Of a stretch of DNA of 64,000 nt, positions 43,203-60,187 are shown piece after piece. The notes below the pieces were generated by a model. The model made no database searches. It saw only the letters and a list, made by a program, of their open reading frames with translations, and had not been told where the DNA came from. The DNA comes from Auanema rhodensis. Lineage: Eukaryota; Animalia; Nematoda. Location: positions 4,836,001 through 4,900,000 of the forward strand of contig OZ059899.1 of NCBI GenBank assembly GCA_964057225.1. Direction: 5' to 3'. Made by a program: the position numbers and the translations under genes. Positions within the stretch are counted from its first letter, which is position 1; each line of letters begins with the position of its first letter.

Positions 43203-46200
43203 ATGTCTGGTTATAAGGTGGAACAACGAAATGTACATTATATTCACTCAGACTTGCCTGTTATTCCTTCAACCAATAGAGGTCCCCGTAATGATCAGAT
43301 TTGGGATAATATCCAGATGGAATTAGATCTTGAGACCATTGAGGTAGATGAGAGATACTTATTATAAATGCGCCATTCCCTTTTACAGACCCAAGATATA
43401 GGCAATTCAAAAAATATAACTGTAAATAGGCTCATTGATATTTCTGCTTCCAATGAACAACTGGAAGATCAATCTTCGAATCCATCCTGTTCCATGTCAG
43501 TAGAAAATCTTTCACAAATGGACGATCTTAATAACCGAGCAATCAGGTTGGTTTTTCACAGATAATGTAAAGGAAAGGAATAACTATAGAGTTCAAAACG
43601 ATACTAATCTAGCCATTTTACAAAAGGCAACTACAGGTTTCATAGTTAGAAATATGATTGTTGAAGCCGATGATATTTTGGTATTAACTTTATTTATTTT
43701 TTCTTTTAAAAGATTTTTTAAAGTTACCGCGAGGAACAATCATGAAGCCGGTTTCAAGAATGGAGGATATAAATTCTCTTAAAGCATATCTAAGGCCATA
43801 TTATACGGTTCTTGTGGATGTCTTAGATTCTTCAACGTTCGCAATTGTTCGAGATTCTGAAATCATGAAAATTACGGAAGACCAGACAATGTACATAATA
43901 TATATTTTAGACAAAATTATATCATTATATTTAGGATTCTCATTGCAATGCCGGCTGAAAAGCGGTTTCTACTTCACAATGATTTTGAAAGATTTTTTTT
44001 TGTTGAAAATTTGAAGGAAGGTGATCTTGTCACGATAACCAATAAAACGGTTAGTGTTCTCTCACTCATTTGATAATAACTTAATTTTACTCTTCAACGG
44101 TTTGTCATGCAAGTCATACACAAGTTCGATCGAGAAATATGCGAAGCAAGCATGTGTGTTGTCTCTCTAATTTATACGTTTTTGTTATTTGTACAGTTGA
44201 AAGGTGTACTTGCATCAATTTTTCAACTCTTCCTCGTTCTCTTTCTTTTTCTCCTTATTTTTTTCTTTTCCCCATACTTCTGCTTGTTTGTAGAACGTGT
44301 CTGAGGACAACTTTCAAGGAAAGATCATTGAGATTGGAGAAATCGAACATCGTTTTGGTATATGGTTTAACGTGCAAGTAAGTATATACATTTTATAAAT
44401 CTTGCTTATCTTTCTGAGTAGTCTCGTTGTTTTCAATTTGGAATTTTGTTAACGCTATTCTTTTTTTATGTTCTATTAGCTGTTATGCCTGTTGTAACAG
44501 CTAGAATGACGACGAAACTAGTTGCTTCGACCGTGTGTTTGGGTGTGTATATATGTGTGTGTGTGTGTGATGTGAGATGAAAAGAGAAATAGAAGCAATA
44601 TAATCGATTCATGAAGACATACCAGCTGACACTGAATGTCTATTCTTTTTATTTTATCCAGAATCCTAAATAGTTGGAAAAAGCGCTCATTATTGTGTTC
44701 TTTTTCTTCATCGTCATCTTGAACTGCTTTGAACGAAAAAATAATCTAATCCCATTCGTTTGTTCTAACTAACACCTGTTCTCTGTATATTCATCTATTC
44801 GTTTTCATTCTCTTTCTCTCCATTTCAATTCTTCGTGTCCTCTCTCTTTCTAACTTACTCTCAACATTATTATGTTTGTATGCAACAGAAAAAACGAGTA
44901 GAATCTTCTGTTTCTCTCGGTTAGTCATTCTAAACCGCAGAATCCTCTCATTTCCTCTCTTCATGGCTGCATGGCGGCTCTAAATGGAGAACTAACATCT
45001 ATGAAATTGATGACTGTATATATATCTACTTCTCGTCCTAAGGTCGGAAAGTATTCGAGAAAACCTCAATTCAACGTCAGTTGATTTTATGTTATTCAAA
45101 TCTGAAGATAGTTGTGCTGTCCGCTCAAGCTTCTAAATTACTTTGTGTATCTTCATTTCATTTGCTGGCTTTGGGTCTCTTTCTCCCTAGCCATCTCAAC
45201 TCTCTCCGTCACTACCTCCGCTATATATTTCTCTTTATGTTTCTATTTTTTTCTTTTTTTTTCCTGCACTCCGTATGAGAGAGATGGAATATATTATAGT
45301 TTCTATTGCTCATTATTCATTTCTGTTGTGCCATGTCTGCAGCTATTTACTTGTTGTCTCTATGCTTTGACGAGGCCCAAGCATCGATTGGCGTGCCGAG
45401 TCAACCCCAATTCTTCCTGTGTTTGTTCCATTTTTGTTAGTTCCCTATTATAATATTAGTAACACCGATTTTTTCTTTCTTTCTTTTTTTATTCAACTAT
45501 TTATCATATTTTATAATATTTTTGCCTGAAGTATTAATTGAATTGCTTTTAAACTTAATAAGTTTTTGTTGTAATTTAGCCTTATGGAATGAATGAACAT
45601 GAATATTCTTCTCCTGGACAAGCCTATTATAATGGATCACAAATTTCGAAACCAGCATGGAACTCGATAGCTTCATATGGGTACAAGTATGATTGTTTTC
45701 GCTAATTTTTGTAATATTAATTTAATAGACCTAGTAAATCTACGACGGAAGTACGAAATGTGCCGATTCGACGGGTCGATCATCGTGTAGAAACAGTATT
45801 TGATGCTGACAATTCCGTACCTAGAAGAATAAATGGAGACATGGCTGGGTAGTTTTTTTTTTGTTTTTTTTTATACTGATTTCTCTGAAGATTCGAAAGA
45901 GATCTCACCACATGGGATGGTGAGTCTCGCTCTATAAACGACCCCACAAGGGAATGGCGAAATTCGGGGGAGCTCAGAGAAAAGCGTCATGGAACTGCTC
46001 GACGATCTATTAATAACCCCGTTTGTTTTTAAAATTTTCTTTAATTCTTCATTTTCGAAATTCTAGAGCATTCGCTCAAATAGCTCACAACCTAGTCGAA
46101 GTCAAAGTGCTCATGTTGTAGCTGTTTATGACAGAACATTTAGGTTTGTTATATTGATTTTCCCCCTAATAAATTGGTCTATTAAGTGTGGAAGATCTTA

Positions 46201-48880
46201 CCAAGAGTAATGGCGCTAAAGTTGGAGATCGTTGTAGGTGGAATGATGGTAATAAATCTCACCTTGGCTATATTCGTTTTATTGGACATTTAAAGGGACA
46301 TTTTAATTTATATGCAGGTGTTGAGTTTGTAAGTTTTTTTTTTGCATTTTGTGCATTTTTATCCTTTCTCCCACAGGACGATGCCATCGGTAAAGGTACT
46401 GGTGTCTTTCAAGGTGAAATAGTTTTTCAAACGCCTGAGAATCGAGCAGGATTCGTACTGCTATGTTCCTTGGAAGTACTTTCCAGACCTAGATCACAAG
46501 ATGGGGCTCATTCTCTCAGCATTCGCCACAAGCAAGTCAGTTTCCATCCCAATTAGTTGATAAGAATTGATTGGTTTTTTATCATATAATTTTGGAATCT
46601 ACTGGTTTTTAAGGCTTCGGCAGAATCTCTATCTGACCCTCTCCCCCCCCTTCCACCTCCTGTGCCTCCTGCTCCAGCAATGCGCCCTGAAGATTATCTC
46701 ATAGATTCCTTTTCCGTTGGTTAGTTTTTATGAATAATTATGAATGAATTAGATAACTTAATCATTATTCAATTCGCATTCTTAATTTTTTTTTAAACTT
46801 GCATTACAGATAGTTATGTAGAAGTTTGCTATCGTGGCTCTTGCCGGTCAGGAGTAGTTCGTTGGATCGGTGATGCTCTTAGTGAGGATAATGATCATTT
46901 ACAAAAAAGTGCTATTGTTGAACTGGTATTTAAATTTTAAGAAGTGTATATATAATCTTTTTTTAATTAAGGATGAAGATATCCCAGCAGGTTGGAGAAT
47001 AGCTCCATCATCAAGCTCTAAAATATATCAAAGAGCTGTAATTGTACCAACATCAGTACTTAGAAGAGATAGAAGAGTTCAGTCAATTTCAGATATGGAT
47101 ATCGCAGCCAGGAGTGCGTAGATTTTAAAAGGTTATTAATTATATTTAAATGTTTTTAGGTAAAACTGATTTCGGTAGTATTGATAGTGGAATAGAAACT
47201 ATCCGTTGTGAACCATGGAAGATCGTGGAAGATCTTCTGGGACGTATGAAGGGAATTCAAGGACATAGAAATAGTTGTTATATTGATGCAACTTTATATG
47301 CAATGTTTGTGCAAACAACAGCATTTGATTTGTAAGCTTTTAGTTTATTTGATTATTTTTTATATTATTTATTATAGTCTTTTGGAGAGACCACCACAAC
47401 GAGGTGATGTTCCTCAATACTCTGAGTTTATTAGGGTGTTATCATCCGAAATTGTTTATCCTTTAAGAAAGTAAGATAATTTTTAACTATATAGTATGCA
47501 TTGTTTTATATTTATCTTAGATTTCACTATGTTCGTGCTGATCATATAATGAAATTACGACAATTGTTATCAGAAATTCTTCCCCATATTAAAGGCTTGA
47601 CGAATGAAGAAAAAGATCCTGAGGAAGTATTGGGAGAAGTATTTCGAACAATCCTCAAAGCGAAGCCATTCTTGGAAATAATGTATTGTATTTCACTTTT
47701 AGCCTTAGAATGATTTCTATTGTTTCAGCAATCTCAAAGATAACAAGATAGATCGGACTTACTTATGTCCTTTGGTAGTTGAAGATTGGCAAGGGGGAGT
47801 TGCAACAACACAACATCTTCTAGAAAGATCCATGAAAGGGGCCGGAGTGAAATTTGCTTTCCCACCGAAAGTTCTAATCCTTCAGGTTTATCTCAAAGTT
47901 TCTCATAATTTCTACTTTTATTTGGCTTTTTAAGTTACCGCGATATGGGCAACAAAAAGTTTTTGATAAAATTCTTCCATTGGAACGGATAGACATTACG
48001 GGTCTTGTACATAATGGTGAATTATTTTACTTATTTATTTATTTATTTTTTAATTATAGCCGCACAACAATGCTTTGCTTGTAATAAACCTGCTGAAGGA
48101 ATGTGTCCTGAGTGTTTCTTATGTAAAAGAGTATTTTTGACCGAGGTTTTTAAAAATATTTACTTTTCATTCAAATCCATTTGCTTAAAGGTCTCATTTT
48201 GTGCTTCTTGCTTCAAAAAAATCCATCAAAGTGCAGGAGAGGCTGATCACCATATGCGCGAATTCTATCCTAGTGGGCGACCTGTAAAAAAGCCACACAG
48301 TCATAAGATGGTTTGTGATGCATCACGTTTTCTATTTCTAAGTGAAATACAACTTTTTTCAGACACTATCTGCAGTTCTTTGTATTGAAACTTCGCATTA
48401 TGTTGCATTTATTCGACATGCATCGACAGGACGTTGGTTGTTCTTTGATTCTATGGCTGACCGTGAAGGCCTGAGTGAAGGTTTCAATGTTCCTAAGGTG
48501 AGTTGATTTTTCCATTTTTTTTCTTCAAGAACATTTTTGTTGCTCTTTCTTGTAGTTGACATGTTTCTCTACAATATTTTTAATTACTCTTAAAACAGGT
48601 TTCCGAATGTGATAAGATGTCATGGTGGCTTTCATCTGCAGGGTGGGACCGACTGCGTATGGCTGATCAGATAGGCTGTACTAACGTAAGATCAACATCA
48701 CTAATTCCGTCATACTCACCTCACAATATTAAGACAATGTTCGGTAAAGGCAGTGATATGGATCCACTTGTAACACGCTTGCTTTCTGACTCATATATAT
48801 GCTTTTATCAAGAAGAATCACTACCACAGTCATCCAGCACAAATCTAATAACCAACGTCTTACAAAAAATGAAAATGTAG
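43203..48880 (+). CDS. cyld-1: CYLD deubiquitinase (CAP-Gly domains plus USP domain with a Zn-binding B-box insert)
   Basis: CAP-Gly GYIRFIG...[15 protein letters not shown]; Cys box [20 protein letters not shown]; EEKDPEE; ILQLPRYG; CFAC..CPECF..CASC..IH; His box [15 protein letters not shown]; [12 protein letters not shown]. Confidence 0.93.
44543..44570. repeat. Imperfect (GT)n microsatellite in a cyld-1 intron
   Basis: gtgtgtatatatgtgtgtgtgtgtgtga. Confidence 0.6.
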
Positions 48881-50332
48881 ATAGCTGATTCATTTTTTGT
48901 GATCGGTACTTCAATTTCGTTAAAATAGTTGCCTGTACGTGTGTTCTTTCTTATTGCTGTTAATGCTTTCTCTTAACACTTCACCCCAATGCTAAAATGC
49001 TGTATGTAGTGATATTCTAGCTTTTTCAATTATATATATGTATAATATTAAATTCGCGCGGTATTACCAGCAGAGCTGATAGATTTTTTTTATATATTAT
49101 ATGTATACATATATTGTTTGAGATTTTTTATGAGAATTGTTGCCACGTTTCCCACGGGAATTACTTGTAGAAAGTGTATCAAATTGAAAAAAAATAATAT
49201 TAATAAAAATTGCCTTTCATATAATAATGTTCTTGTTTTTTTTTATTTTGTACTCATTGTGTCATTTTTACACTTTTTTTATTTCAATAACAAATTTGGA
49301 ATTATTAAAGCATTGCCTATCTATTAACATTAGAACAAGCTATTTTCTATTAAATATTTTGTAAATGGTAATGTTCAAGTCTTCTATCACTTTTTGTACA
49401 TATCATCTATACTACGCAGGCGAAATTATTTTAAAGCTAAACAAATTTACAAAATCAAGTTTTCTGATTGAGTAAAGAAATTTTTTTTTGTATTTTGCAT
49501 AATACTTAACCTTTAATCTAATTTTTTAAATTTCTCTCTCTCTATGTTCATGTAACTGTTATATGATATTTACTCTCAAAGAATGTGCAACAGATTAAAC
49601 ATACATATTTGATTATACAATTATTTGAACTGTTTGCACAATATTTTTAAGAACTCTTTGCAAAATCTATTTAGAGATGTCAGTTAAAAGTCTTAGTCAA
49701 AGGTCATCAAAGTGTACATATTTCAAATTTTTCATTTATATTTGTTTTTGTAAAATTACTGAGGAAATTTTGAAATCATAGCTATTTTATATTATAAAAC
49801 TTTATGGATGTATTGGTTTAAAAATCATTAAAAAGGTATATGAAAAAGAATACATTGAATATGAATTGAGATAAAAAAGAATATTATAATTATACAATTA
49901 ATGATTAAAAAAAATTTCTACTGGGTCATGGATAAACTCGAAGCCGATGAGTAAAGCTAAAATGCTCATATTAACGGTCTTACGCAAACATTTTCGAATA
50001 TATTGATTATAAATATGGGAAATAAGAAACATCGAGCTTTTGTTAACGTGATGTTGAACTGAAATTAATGCTTAGAGAAGATCGTCGGTTCGAACAAGGA
50101 CATTGGCAGGATATGTGTTATCTAGTTCGAAATGGAATCATCCGGGAATATACTTCTGGTTTTCAAGTTTAATTCTCTCATGAAAGGAAAGAAAATGAGG
50201 AAAGAATGAATTTAAAAGAATATGAGGGTCAATTAAAAAAGTACCGTTATTTGGGATTAGATTAGTTTCTAAAAACAAGCTTATTAATAAAACGTTTAAG
50301 AACAATACTTATGACAATACATGAAGATTATA

Positions 50333-52488
<2,156 letters not shown>

Positions 52489-55400
52489 CTGGAATAACGA
52501 TATAATATATTGGAACATATTGCTTCTCTTGTGCTTTATAGAAACTATGAGGAACGAGAAATTGAGAGAAAATGACAAATAATATCGATAGAAAATTGAA
52601 GAGAAGATTTAACAAAAAGTAAAAGTAGTTTAATTTGCTTCCGTAGTAATAGGAATTAGAGTTCATAAAATTTTGAGGTGTTTCCATGGTGATAACAAAT
52701 CTGATTGAATCTCGATGCATTCAAAGTTTTTAAAAACTTTGAAATTTACCTTCCCAATAGGAAAAAAATATATGTAAAAATATAATTTTTTCTTGGAAAT
52801 ATAATAAAAGACAAAAGGTTAGATACTTGAGAATAGTTGGGAGAAACTTGACAAAAAACCTGATATTTTTTAGAGGAAGAAAAAGAAAACACCATGAATA
52901 AATTAGACTTTTATGAAAATTTCTTGAATAGACTAGTTGAATGGAATAGTTCAAAGGAAGAAAATAAAAAATACAACCAGCAAGTATTCCATGATGATGA
53001 GGATGATGAAGGAGGATGAAGCCTATGGTCGTCAACAATTTTTTTCTCTTTTCTTCTAATTTTTTGTTGAAGTGAAGTTGTAGAAACCGAAATATTTTTT
53101 TGAAAAATATATTAGATGTGACAAGAAACAAAAAAAAACTAAATGTAAACTTTGAAATGAGTAAAGATCATCAGGTACGACAACATGAAGTTGCAACAAC
53201 AAGTTGAATCAAAATGAAGAGAAAGCATGTTCAACAATAGGTTGTCATTTCTTGCATATTCGCAAAAGTTGTATTTTTTGAAAAATGAGGACGTCTAATA
53301 CATATACATATACAGATATTTAAACAAAAAATGAAGGTGAATATTGTCTATACATGTCTATATGCACATGTACATGTTCCCTATGTAGGACACAACTGGA
53401 TTGCGTTAGTTTACAGAATTTTGAATAAACCATTTCGTTTTTTTTTAATATACATGAACACTTTTTTACAAATTGAAAATTATTTAAACTAGATACTTGA
53501 AAAGAAAACTTATAAATTGAGAGAAAAATAAAAAAACATTGAACAAGAAAAGAATATAACCCATAGTTACAATAAGAAAAACGAAGAAATGATAACAGTG
53601 ATGTATAATATTTTTATCGAAATACACAAAGATTTAGCATTTTTTCTGTATACTGATGAAAAAACATTAGTTGAAACAGAAATAGCTTTCGGACGTTCAA
53701 TAGGATGCTGGGAGGAAGGGTGGAGACGCATGAAGTAACTTGTTTTACAAAGAAAAGTATGATCACGTTGATCATGATGGAGGCAAACCAAACAGACAAA
53801 TAGACCAGAGGGACTGGATAGGAAATGTCATAAAAAGAGAGATAGAGAGAGTAGTAAAGGAGGGAATAAAAATGCTACAGAATCAAAGAAACAATCGATA
53901 AAAATTCCAAGTTAAGGGTAAAACTTTGTATATGATTGAATACTCTATTGGAAGGTGAGAGTTGAATATAGATAGACGTTCCGAGTACAAGACAAAGAGC
54001 CAAAAGAAAAAAAGAGAAGGAATAAGAGTAAGGGAAAGAAAAAAGTCAGAAACGAGAGAGATATTGAGGGCCGTTTTTGAGAGTGGAAAAGGAAACTGAA
54101 TGAAATATTCGAGCTTTTCAGAAAAGCATCCCTGCGTCTATGCCAATTTAACATGAAAATAAAAGACAGCAAAAAAGAGACATCGTTGACGAGGGGGTAA
54201 GAGAAGCATATTTGAGAAAAGGAAAAAAGAGACGCATGATATCCACAGGTTTCTGAAATGGTGAGGATGAAATCACGATATCTCAAGAGGAAAATGGAAT
54301 AAAACAGAGAGGAAAGAGAAGAGGATCAGTGAAGAAGGGAGAAGAGGAGATGCAGGAGATGAAATCCAAGAAAATTGGGCAATAGTGGAGATTTGTTGAT
54401 ATGATTTGAATGTTTAAAAACGAGAACAATAGGGGAAATGAGAAGTGAAATGAAAAAGGAAGTAAAAGCCTTCGTTAAAGCTATAAATAAACATATAATA
54501 TATTTATTTTCCTGTGAATGATAAGTTGTAGGATATTTATAGAATATAAGAAAAAGAAACTGGTAAATGTTGTATAATATATGCATATTATATAATAAAT
54601 ATAGTTGATGAAATCGAAGATAGTGAATCAAAGCTGAAGCGTGTGTTCAGTGCAGCTGAAAGGATGCGAGGATGATGTCTCTACTACATAGAGAAAAGCA
54701 ATAGAAATAGCATGAAGAAAAAGAAAAGGAAAGAGGAGAAGAGAAGTGAAAAGAACGAGAAGAAGAAAATAAAGGGAAATTCAAATGGTAAAATGAATAT
54801 GAAGAAACAGTTGAATGAACTAAAAATTTTGTTTTTGAGCATTATATGCTTTGCTTGAGTCGCCGAAACAGCATGCATATCATCTATTGAAGACGTTTCA
54901 AAGTAAATCTGAAAAGCGATGAACGATTTCATTTGCCTTGTCACTGCTGCAAGCTGAGATCAATAAGCGCATAATCTAAGTCAAAATAGCGTATATATCA
55001 GCAGACAATTATTAAAGAGCATACAGCCTAATGAATTATTTAAAAATATATAAAAATGCATAAATATTTCAAAAGGAATGTAAATCAAGTCAGTATTTAT
55101 ATAGTATATCATAAAAGAATAAAGAAGAGCAATGCCGTGAGCAATTTGGCGGAAAAAAAATAAATGGTAAGCTGTCTATTTTATATTTTCACGCGGTTCA
55201 CGTAAAATTTAAAAAAAAAAGTGTAGGCGGTGCAAAATATGTGAGAGATGTGAAAAGTATAATGAATAAATAAGAAAAAAAGAGAGCATAGCGTATTAAA
55301 ACGTGAAAACGAGAGCATGTGGCGAAAAATAAGTTGTGAACTGAGTAGACAATTTAATAATCAACAAAATAAAGAATGTGACTTTAATGGACATAGGATA

Positions 55401-57168
55401 TACAATAAAAAAACTAATTAAAGTTTTTATGATAATATTTTTTAAAATTCTACTTAAAATATATAAAACATTGGGGAGGGGATCGATAGAGGAAACATTT
55501 TATAATTGAAGCTTTGAGAAAGATAAGAAGAAATTATAGCTGAATGACTAACAGTTTGAAGAAAATAATCAACAATATAAATGACAAAAAATATTTTTGA
55601 TAAGGATTGATGCATTGAGATTGAAAAGACAGTTATAAATTATTGCATTAATTAAGTAATTTATAATATCTAGTAATAATATAAACTAATCCAATTATAC
55701 AATTCTCATATAATATTTTTGAAATTTCCAATTCAATTTTAATGAAAAATAATAGAAAATGAAGAATATATTTTATGCTTAGCAGTATAATCATATGATT
55801 GCGCAAGCAAAATATATATTTCCCTGTTTGTTGTCCATAATGGTGAAGAAATATTGGAAAAATGACGATCATGATGATACATTCTGGAGTTGAAGGAAAG
55901 GAAAGAAAAGGAATAGATTGAGAAATCATGTGCATTAGGCAGTTTTGAAGTTTGAAAGATGAAGTTCGTTTAATATGTGTTTTTGTCTTGTTTCCTTTCT
56001 ATCTCTTGTTTCCTCTTACTTCCTACATTTTCAAATGCTTATCTCGAGCAGGAATGCGGAAAAGTTCTTCCGAAAACGGAATAGAACGGGCTACAACATT
56101 GAGATCGATGTATGTAAAGCTGGTGAACAAGAATAAGAAACTGAAGAAACAGCTGAGACACAATACAGCGAGAGTATACGAAAAGCAGAGGTAGCAATGT
56201 GAGCATCTCAACTTTGCGGTGAGAATGAGATATGAGCGATGAAACTAATTGTTTATTTGGCCTTGTTTGGAATTCTATGATCATATATACATCAGCAAAA
56301 AATGAAGTATAAGGGTTGAAACAGCAGCTGGTGAGAGCAGCGCAATCGATTGGGGAGAGCGCAGAGTCAGATGTCGAGAAATATCAGGTGATATTCGGAG
56401 GGCATCAAGAAACTGGAAGAGAATCGCCATGGCTGATACGCCGACAACGCAAAAAAAAGAATTAAAAGAAAAAGAAAAAGTAAATTAGAGAGAGAAAGAG
56501 AGCACGAGTAGAAAGAAGAAAAGAATATCAGAGGGAAAGAGAGAGAGAAAATACGCGGTAAATATAGGCCCAAAAAGGGCAGAGAGATGTAAAAGAAATA
56601 TTATAATAATATATAAAAACAAAATGAAAATTAATAGCTATCATATAGTGTGGGCTCATTCGATCTTAATCCGAACATAAATATATTCATGACGTAGATT
56701 ACATCATCCTTCCAAACTTATTGAAACATGACGAGAGAAAGAGTATCAAAGATCATTGAACGATTGTTACACATATAGATAATAGTTAGCTTTCTTCTGC
56801 TTCTTCTTATTTTAAATTCTGCTCTATTCTTTGTTTTCACATTCAACCTAACTCGCCTTCTTTCGTTCTTGTATTCTCTTTACCTCTTACAAACCACCTT
56901 GCTCAACTTATGAACTTATTCTGTCAATGCTATAAATAAGGCTGATTTCGCTAAAAAGCAAATAGAGCATGTTTTAAAATGCTGAGTGGTAAACAGATTA
57001 TGTGAATTACAACTAGAAGCATGAAGCAAATGAAGCTAAAAACCTTTTTCGATCAATTGGAAGAAAACATAAATGATGAATTGAGTGAAGAATATTTGTA
57101 ATTGATTGGTCAAGTGAAAACCTATACGTTAACTTAACGCATATAAAACCTTCCTCATGTGCCTAGCT

Positions 57169-57179
57169 CCCCCCCCCCC

Positions 57180-57236
<57 letters not shown>
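57169..57236. repeat. C13 run followed by a (TC)27 microsatellite
   Basis: Poly-C at 57169-57181, then perfect TC dinucleotide repeat at 57183-57236. Confidence 0.95.
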
Positions 57237-57239
<3 letters not shown>

Positions 57240-59936
57240 TTCCCTATTCTTATTCTTTCCTATTTTAGCAAGAAATCATTTTGACACTCAGTGAAATATT
57301 GGGATAAAACAGAAATGAAGCTGCTCAAAGCTTTAGCACAGCTTGTCACAATGTAGTAAAATAAAAGAGGAAGAAAGATAAAATGTTTTTCAACTTCTAG
57401 TCAAAATTTGGAAATAGTTTTACGGAATGTACCAGTTGTTCTAACATAAGCAAAAATTGTTGAAATAAGAAAAAAAGTTTGAAAATAGTTCTTACAATAC
57501 ATCTGAATGAAAACTAAACGAGGGAAAGAATATAAAATTATATTTTGTATTATATTGTATTATTCTACGTATTAGTTATTAAATAAATAATTTGTATTCT
57601 ATTAAGTTAATGAATATACATCACATGTTCATCTTCATCTACAGATACATCTTAAAGAAACGTATTAAATTTCAAAGCTTTTAAATGTATTATCCAGAGT
57701 ATTATTGTTTTCATTCTATTTGTCAAGATTAAAATACCAACAATCTGAAACAATTGAAAATATATAGACACTACTTATCTTGTTGAAACACAATCATTTT
57801 CATTTTGTTTTCAAAAAAAAAAGAATAATAGTATATATTTGGTATGATGATTCAGAAACATCGAATTATGTATCTTTATCTAATATAGAAAATAATAAAT
57901 TTTGTATGAAAAGATAGTAAACGGACGGCACGCTCTCAAATTAACTATAAAACGTTTACTGGAGTTTCTTCCTATATGATGTACTTAGTAGAATGTATGT
58001 TCAACTTAATTAGTTATGGAAATGCGGTCGATTAGAAGGCATAAGTCGGAATGAAACCTCTCATTAATAGAAAAATCCATAACAATTAAACAAATTAATT
58101 GCAATAAAGGGTAGAAACATCAATTGAAAACTAATCAAATTCACAGCTATATCTATATATAGGAAAGTAGTTTTAAACCTTTTAGCTGAACTAGCTGGAA
58201 CAAAAGCTGAATTTTTTCTTTTTATGGAAAAAAAATGAAAATTTGAAGGATACATACATGTACATACTGAAAATTCGAACTTCATTCACTATCCCTTGAG
58301 TAATTTTCACACTTTCTGCCAAACAGATAGAAACAGAGATAGAAACATGAGAAAATACTTATGATCATATACTTACTATTATATTTTCTGCCAACCGTTT
58401 CTCTTGTATTGTCCCGTACTTTCTCTTTTATATACTCTATTTCTATCTTTCTTTTTTTTTTGCACAACACCTACTCAATCTTATTCTTTCCCTTATTTGC
58501 AATCAACCTATATTGTGATTTTCCATGCGAACCTCGCTCGTTTCAGTATTTTGCTAAACATTCTTCTCGTTCAATTTCCTATTTCCTTCATACTTATTTT
58601 TCAATTAAAAAAGGTTGGTGTAGTCTGCCAGTGGCATCTCTTTCAGATAGCATATGTTTAATAAAGTTTTCTGGAATCCATATCCACTGGCGCATTTTCA
58701 GTGAACATCAATATACTCTGGCCCATTGGACAAACTGATGTACCAAGAGATTGGATTGCCACTCATCTCTGAGAATTAGCTTATTATCAGTTTTACTATT
58801 CTGCTAAAAAGCCGTTTAGTTATCCTAGCTATATATAAGAGTTTGAATGATTACAATAGATAAATTTTTAAAAAAGAAGTCATATAGGCAATATGAATTT
58901 GTATATTTCTGTCACATGATTCGCCCAAGGTATTGATTTCTTTTAAAGTATTTTCATATAATTTTTCGTCCTTGATATAAGTATTCTTATTTTTATAATA
59001 TAAATGAAGATAATTAACATACATTTTCCAGCTTGAATATTTATCTTGTAAAGAATGCACTAAAGGGTCGTATTTTCATAAGTCAATTTTAAGTTTCATC
59101 AAGCTATTTTCGTTTTTCTATGTAGGCAACATATCTCGAGTTTTCTATGCAATTTCTGTTTGCTGAACTAATTTTGCTGTTTCTCCTACTACTTGTATCT
59201 TGTGGATTGCATATATTTTCTGCGGCGTATAAGGTTAGAACGATATTTCTTCACTTTAGTTATTTCGTATGATCCTTTCAATTGTTATAGTAAATAGTAT
59301 TTTTACTTATTATCGTAGTTATTTGAACTATCTTAATTTTGATAACAAATTGTTTTTTTTATGATGTATTGTGATACCTATATAAACAAACTATCTTTTT
59401 ATAGGTTGGTGCCAACTGCTTTAACATTGTTCATATTAACTTTCTATCATTAGTTGCCTTCTCTTAATCGTAATCGTGATTTCCCCATTTTAAAAGCTAG
59501 GCTCGATTTATGTTGCAGTAAAATTCATATTGAACATCGGGTTTCAAGATTCTTGGTTTGCAGCCGGCCCTGCTTTAATGTGCTACAAAGCCTTGAGACC
59601 TAAATACGATTACCATACGGCGCTCTACGTCCATTCCTAACTTTTTCAGCATTTTTAATTTCTTCCCCTACAGCACGTCTATTCTCTAGTGCTATAGTTG
59701 TAATTCATGTAAAACTTCTACATAATCATATTCATTTTTTTTTCGTTTTCCCAAGTTGTATCTTTAAAATAAGAATTATTAGCCATGTCCCTTTGCTCGT
59801 ATGCAGCTGTTTCCATCCAATAATACTCATTGATGATACATTTTGAAAAGGATAATGGTTATATAAATATGGGAAGCTATGACAATACCAGTTCCCGTCT
59901 CCAGAAAATTGAATAAGATTGCTCTGTACTAGTGTA

Positions 59937-60134
59937 ATGAGTGATGGTAGTCACAGAGAAGTTGCTGAATTCTTACTGCTGTTGTCGACTTGTTTAATTC
60001 TTTTCTTTATTATCCTGACATCTTGTGTGCTCGTGTTATCCATACATTTTCGTAACAACAACAAAGGTGTCAATGCTGAAAAAAAAAAGACGAATCGGGG
60101 TCGCTCAGATATTGTTTTGGATATTTCTAGTTGA
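59937..60134 (+). CDS. Putative small single-pass membrane protein (65 aa)
   Basis: MSDGSHREVAE-FLLLLSTCLILFFIILTSCVLVLSIHF-RNNNKGVNAEKKKTNRGRSDIVLDISS*: one TM followed by a basic tail. ATG lies 4 nt after a CTAG acceptor. No homology recognised. Confidence 0.35.
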   Translation: MSDGSHREVAEFLLLLSTCLILFFIILTSCVLVLSIHFRNNNKGVNAEKKKTNRGRSDIVLDISS

Positions 60135-60187
60135 TCTTTGTTCTAACATCAGTATAATTCTTATTTCTATCTTTCACTATATTTAAT

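Noticed and set aside
52730-56573. Many 60-130 aa ORFs upstream of mpk-1, and a search for the long (mpk-1b-like) first exon
   Set aside because: They come from low-complexity GA/CT-rich regulatory DNA. No exon with convincing homology was found; MEYLL at ~52990 and MAILFQ at ~56430 remain unsupported.
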